DNA from: Candidatus Pacebacteria bacterium RIFOXYA1_FULL_38_18
GTDB taxonomy: Bacteria; Patescibacteriota; Microgenomatia; UBA1400; PJMF01
Length of the DNA stretch: 64,000 nt
Reading direction: 5' to 3'
Assembly (NCBI GenBank): GCA_001787405.1
Contig: MFWV01000011.1
Location: forward strand, 118,860 to 182,859
Positions 59,833 to 64,000 of this stretch are shown here, one piece after another. Positions within the stretch are counted from its first letter, which is position 1; every line of letters starts with the position of its first letter. A model generated the notes under the pieces. That model was not told where the DNA came from. It saw only the letters and a list, made by a program, of their open reading frames with translations, and ran no database searches. The translations under genes and the position numbers were made by a program.

Positions 59833-60681
59833 ATGAAATTGTCTGCCCTAAAAAAAGAAGCTGTCTCACTTGGTATTGTTTCCCTAGACGAAGCTTATTT
59901 ATTGGCTGATTTACTCGGTCTTTCTTTGCAAGAATCTTCTCATGAACAGTTATTGACTGAAGTTTTGAATCAGTTGGTAGCGATTCACGCTCATCAAGCA
60001 ACGGGAATAGTTTTGGATCCAATTTACTCCCTTCAACTTTTGACAGAAGGCACTGAGTTGGCTGGAGCCTTAGTTCGTCTGGAACAAATGCAAATGCCAG
60101 ATCCTTTGGCAATTCCCAAGTTCATTCCCAATTTTGGCATTGAAAATATTCGCAATATGTATGGTTTGGCCAAATTAGAACTTTTTTATCATCCTACAGA
60201 AGAAAAAGCCATGGAAAAGAAGCAGCTTGTGGCAGAAGTTTTTGATTTTTGCCAATATGAAGAGATTGATTTTTTACTCAAATTAATCATTTACAACCCG
60301 GCAGGAAACAAGCTTAAACCAGAGGAGTTCCAAGAAGCTCAGTTGGAATCGATTAGCGAATTACAGCGTTTTGCCAGTGCCTTGGCGCTACAGTATCCGC
60401 AAGATCCCTTGGCTGCTGCCACACTCACCAGCCACTTGGATATTCCTTGGCTGATTAGTTCAGGTGACGAAACATACGAAGTTTTTAAGAATAATTTACG
60501 AGTGGTGCTGGAAAATGGAGCCATTGGTTTTTTGGCGAGTGAGGTTTTATGGCGAGAAATTGGAGGAATGCGTTTGGAAGATCAATCCCCAGATATGGAG
60601 GCCATTAGTAAATTTTTGCAAACTACCAACAAAGACAGAATCATTGAGTTGATGAGAATTAGCAACCAAGCCGAAAAATAA
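59833..60681 (+). CDS. LacD/tagatose-bisphosphate aldolase-like (class I aldolase family) protein, possibly non-canonical
   Basis: Blocks resembling LacD: GIVLDPIYSL, KLELFYHP, DIPWLISSGDE...FLASEVLWREI. The protein is shorter than LacD and the catalytic Lys could not be placed. Confidence 0.4.
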   Translation: MKLSALKKEAVSLGIVSLDEAYLLADLLGLSLQESSHEQLLTEVLNQLVAIHAHQATGIVLDPIYSLQLLTEGTELAGALVRLEQMQMPDPLAIPKFIPNFGIENIRNMYGLAKLELFYHPTEEKAMEKKQLVAEVFDFCQYEEIDFLLKLIIYNPAGNKLKPEEFQEAQLESISELQRFASALALQYPQDPLAAATLTSHLDIPWLISSGDETYEVFKNNLRVVLENGAIGFLASEVLWREIGGMRLEDQSPDMEAISKFLQTTNKDRIIELMRISNQAEK

Positions 60682-60812
60682 AAAATTAGCCCGTAAAAAA
60701 CAAACAGCATTTATTTAATAGTTTAATTTGTAAGATAACCAACAGTGTTATTGTTTAATATTTGTTAGACTTTTAGTAGATAAATACAAATTATTTTAAA
60801 AGAAAGGAAGTT

Positions 60813-61418
60813 ATGCACACTCTTCCCCAATTACCTTATAAATATGAAGCCTTGGAGCCATACATTGATGCGCGAACCATGGAGATTCATCATACCAAGC
60901 ATCATCAAGCTTATATTGATAAACTCAACGAAGCTTTGAGTAAAACACCAGAATTGGCAGGTTTGTCAGTCGAAGAATTATTGGGTCAGTTAAATCAGGT
61001 TAGTGATGAAGCTATCAAAACTGCCATTCGCAATCACGGTGGAGGACACGCCAATCATTCTTTGTTTTGGCAGATTCTTTCTCCAGAGGGCGGTGAGCCG
61101 ATTGGAGCACTTTTGCAGGCAATCACTGCGGATTTGGGCGGTGTCGATAAATTCAAAGAGGAGTTTGCTGCTGCAGCTGTAGGTCGGTTCGGTTCTGGTT
61201 GGGCTTGGTTAGTGGTTGAGAATGGCAAATTAAAGATTTTGAATACAGCCAACCAAGACAGTCCCTTGATGGACGGCCAAATTCCCATTTTGTGTTTGGA
61301 TGTTTGGGAGCATGCTTATTACCTCAATTATCAAAATCGTCGTCCAGATTATATCTCCGCTTTTTGGCACGTGGTCAATTGGGCCAAAGTAGGTGAGTTG
61401 TATGAAGCGGCAAAATAG
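60813..61418 (+). CDS. sodA: Fe/Mn superoxide dismutase
   Basis: [17 protein letters not shown] and metal ligands. AAGGAAG RBS. Confidence 0.9.
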   Translation: MHTLPQLPYKYEALEPYIDARTMEIHHTKHHQAYIDKLNEALSKTPELAGLSVEELLGQLNQVSDEAIKTAIRNHGGGHANHSLFWQILSPEGGEPIGALLQAITADLGGVDKFKEEFAAAAVGRFGSGWAWLVVENGKLKILNTANQDSPLMDGQIPILCLDVWEHAYYLNYQNRRPDYISAFWHVVNWAKVGELYEAAK

Positions 61419-61620
61419 GCGTGTTGTTTCATTGTTTAACTAGTTTTGGCAGGCGAACTGTTAAAACACAATTTATTTAGCGGTGAAGTTTAAGTTTTGT
61501 CTGGTATTTATTTCTCTCCTTTTTTTTCCTGTTTAAATTCGCTAAGGTAGTTAATGGATTTGTAAGGGCCGGGGGAGGCTTTTTTATTTTGGAAAAATTA
61601 GAAAGAAAACAAAAAATCTG

Positions 61621-62205
61621 ATGCTACAAGTAATTTTGGATGTAGAAACTCAAAAAATCTTCGACGAAGTCGGTGGTTATTTTCCCGATCGTTTGGGAAT
61701 TTCTTTTGTGGGCGTCAATGTTCGTCATAGTTACGGTGAGCCAGGCGAGTTTCAGTCTTATTTTGAAAAAGATCTGCCCAAACTATTTCCTTTATTGGAA
61801 AAAGCAGACGTGATTGTTGGTTTCAATGTGGATGATTTTGACATGCAAACTTTTCTTCCGTATTACAACGGTGAAATCACGACTCTGCCCACGCTAGATA
61901 TTATGAAACGCATCAAAGACAGTATTGGTCACCGAATTAGTTTGGACGCGGTGGCGCAAGAAACACTCGGCATTGGTAAAACCGGTAATGGTTTGGATGC
62001 CATTAAATATTTTAAAGCCAAAGATTGGGATAAGCTGGAAAAATATTGTTTACAAGACGTAAAAATAACTCGCGACCTGCTTGATCATGGTTACTCAAAA
62101 GGCGAAGTAAAGTTTCGCAATAAATGGAACCGCCTGATTACCACTCCAGTAGATTTTACTTTCACCCCCCAAAAACGCATGGGAATTCAAATGAGTCTGA
62201 TTTAA
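61621..62205 (+). CDS. DEDD-type 3'-5' exonuclease / RNase H-like fold protein, putative
   Basis: ILDVETQ (Exo I), GFNVDDFDM (Exo II), and YCLQDVKITRDL (Exo III-like Y..D). Confidence 0.5.
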   Translation: MLQVILDVETQKIFDEVGGYFPDRLGISFVGVNVRHSYGEPGEFQSYFEKDLPKLFPLLEKADVIVGFNVDDFDMQTFLPYYNGEITTLPTLDIMKRIKDSIGHRISLDAVAQETLGIGKTGNGLDAIKYFKAKDWDKLEKYCLQDVKITRDLLDHGYSKGEVKFRNKWNRLITTPVDFTFTPQKRMGIQMSLI

Positions 62206-62267
62206 ATTGGGATTTTTACCCAGTTGAACTAGGGGAAATGCCTTCCAGATGTTAGAATTACCAGACC

Positions 62268-62810
62268 ATGGTTGAAAATGCTCAAAAACTAGCACCCAAA
62301 ATTTGCATGACTGCTGCTGGTTTTTTGGTACATGATAATAAAGTTTTATTAGTTAAACATAAGAAGTTGGGATTTTGGTTGGCTCCCGGTGGACACATTG
62401 AAGATGACGAGTTGCCCCATCAGACTGCTGAGAGAGAATTTTGGGAGGAGACAGGAATTAAAGTCAAGGCAATCAGTACCGGTGAAGTTTTGCCCAAAGT
62501 GGGCAAAACCAGTTATCATCCATTGCCTTTTGCCATCAATTTGCATTGGATTAGTCCTGAAAATTACGAGGCACGTTTGGCTAGTAGCAATCCCATCAAA
62601 CGCTATTTTTCCAATCAAAAATGGCCCAAGGGTTGTGAACAACACGTTTCAATTATTTATTTAGTAAAGCTGATTGCTGGTTTGGATTTCAAACAAAATA
62701 CTGAAGAAACGGATGGTATTGGCTGGTTTACTTTAAAAGAACTAGAAAAAATCAAAACCATTCCGGAAATGAAAGAAGAGGCTAAACACGCATTAATCTT
62801 GGTAAAATAA
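62268..62810 (+). CDS. NUDIX hydrolase
   Basis: Nudix box GGHIEDDELPHQTAEREFWEETGI. Confidence 0.75.
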   Translation: MVENAQKLAPKICMTAAGFLVHDNKVLLVKHKKLGFWLAPGGHIEDDELPHQTAEREFWEETGIKVKAISTGEVLPKVGKTSYHPLPFAINLHWISPENYEARLASSNPIKRYFSNQKWPKGCEQHVSIIYLVKLIAGLDFKQNTEETDGIGWFTLKELEKIKTIPEMKEEAKHALILVK

Positions 62811-62818
62811 GGAATATT

Positions 62819-63289
62819 ATGTCATTGACCAACACCATCAAATTTTTACAAAAAGCTGCCCTCATTCATCAAGGAAAAGTCTTGATTTTGAAGCGTCCTG
62901 AAAACTCGGTCAGCAGACCGGGTGCTTGGGATTTGCCTGGTGGCAATGCTGAGTGGCCGGCAACCAATCAGAAGACTGCCAATTTACATCGTCAAGAAGT
63001 TTCCCGGGAAATTGAAGAAGAAACTGGTTTGAAAATAGATCCAGATGTCTTTACTGATGAAAATCTAGTGCATTTTGCTACTTATTTTGAGGCTGATTTG
63101 CCCCGTTTTGCTTTTATTACCGGTTGGCGAGTAAGTTTGGCTGATGATTTTAATCCAGACAGCATTAAGATTTCAGACGAGCACACTCAACTGGCCTGGA
63201 TTGGTTTTACTGAGCTTAGTGATTATGATTTTGGTGAACCAGTGGGCACTTACGTTAAAGTAATAATTCAAAACGCATTCAAGGTATAA
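62819..63289 (+). CDS. NUDIX hydrolase (second, tandem)
   Basis: Nudix box GGNAEWPATNQKTANLHRQEVSREIEEETGL. Confidence 0.75.
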   Translation: MSLTNTIKFLQKAALIHQGKVLILKRPENSVSRPGAWDLPGGNAEWPATNQKTANLHRQEVSREIEEETGLKIDPDVFTDENLVHFATYFEADLPRFAFITGWRVSLADDFNPDSIKISDEHTQLAWIGFTELSDYDFGEPVGTYVKVIIQNAFKV

Positions 63290-63292
63290 ACA

Positions 63293-64000
63293 TGGCAAAA
63301 ACTTTGCAAATTAGCAAGCTGAAAGCTCAGGTTGCTGGAGAAACTATTTTACGCGGTATTGATTTGACGGTTCACCCAAACGAGATGGTGGTAATTATGG
63401 GGCCAAATGGCTCTGGGAAATCCACTTTGGCCAAGGTTCTAGCTGGTCATCCTGAGTATGAAGTCAAAGGTTCAGTCAAGTTAAACAATCAAGAATTATT
63501 GGAATTATCACCAGATGAGCGAGCTCAAGCTGGATTATTTTTGGCCTTCCAATATCCAGTTGAAATTCCCGGGGTGAAGGTGCTCAATTTTCTCTGGACG
63601 GTTTATACCCAACAGCATCCTGATCGCAAAAAACGCCAATACGCTTCGATTGTGGATTTCAGAAACTACTTGTTTGGTTTGGCTAGTCAGTTGAGTATCT
63701 CTGAGAAGCTTTTAGATCGAGGTTTAAATGAAGGTTTTTCTGGTGGTGAAAAGAAACGTTTGGAAATTTTGCAAATGGCAGTCATAAAACCTCGGTTTGC
63801 CATTTTAGATGAAACCGATTCTGGTTTGGATATTGATGCAATCAAAGTTATCGCTCGCGGTGTAGAGCAGATCAGTCAAGAAACTGGCATGGGTACGATC
63901 ATCATCACTCACTATCAGCGAATTTTGCAGTATCTGCACTATGACAAAGTGCATGTCGTTATTAATGGCCGAATTATCAAGAGCGGTGGTCCAGAATTGG
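63293..64000 (+). CDS. sufC: Fe-S cluster assembly ATPase SufC (3' end beyond the window)
   Basis: MAKTLQISKLKAQVAGETILRGIDL...GPNGSGKSTLAKVLAGHPEYEV, then ABC signature LNEGFSGGEKKR and Walker B ILDETDSGLD. The frame is open to the end of the window. Confidence 0.85.

Overview
This window looks like a low-GC (~40%), gene-dense stretch of a small bacterial genome. Many basic low-complexity protein tails, frequent leaderless or SD-poor starts, translationally coupled genes and the lack of a pilM beside pilNO resemble Patescibacteria/CPR-type organisms. That lineage call is inference only. The window opens inside an rRNA operon: the 3' part of a spacer tRNA-Ala(UGC), a full 23S rRNA of normal length with no obvious intron, and a 5S rRNA. 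The rest is mostly housekeeping genes (lepA, rpsT, murJ, two class-A PBPs, nrdR-nrdJ, cmk, smpB, tsaD, groESL, trpS, ftsH, hrcA-grpE-dnaK, dnaJ, nusA-infB, rpsO-pnp, sodA, a partial sufC), plus a pilN/pilO module, surface and glycosylation proteins, three more tRNAs (Trp, elongator-type CAU, initiator fMet) and a tyrosine recombinase. No CRISPR array, transposase or complete prophage is visible. No single obvious novel cassette stands out, but several unusual things do. (1) GroES carries a ~42-aa insertion with 13 cysteines encoded by a GC-rich tandem repeat. (2) The second class-A PBP has a cytoplasmic N-terminal tail with three canonical AT-hook (RGRP) motifs. (3) A high-GC (~58%) lipoprotein gene is fused to a native AT-rich signal peptide between the groEL terminator and the tRNA pair. 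(4) An AT-rich islet next to tRNA-Trp encodes a cellular-type RNase HI with an unknown ~100-aa lysine-rich C-terminal domain. (5) An HrcA/CIRCE regulon is readable from sequence: canonical CIRCE sites at hrcA, dnaK and dnaJ, but an everted nested palindrome at groES. (6) Tandem NrdR boxes sit directly on the nrdR start. (7) TsaC and TsaE are fused in one ORF upstream of tsaD. (8) A class-A PBP is translationally coupled to a GH18 hydrolase. (9) Basic nucleic-acid-binding-like tails recur on S20 (H1-like KA repeats), PNPase (RGG) and the PBP (AT-hooks).
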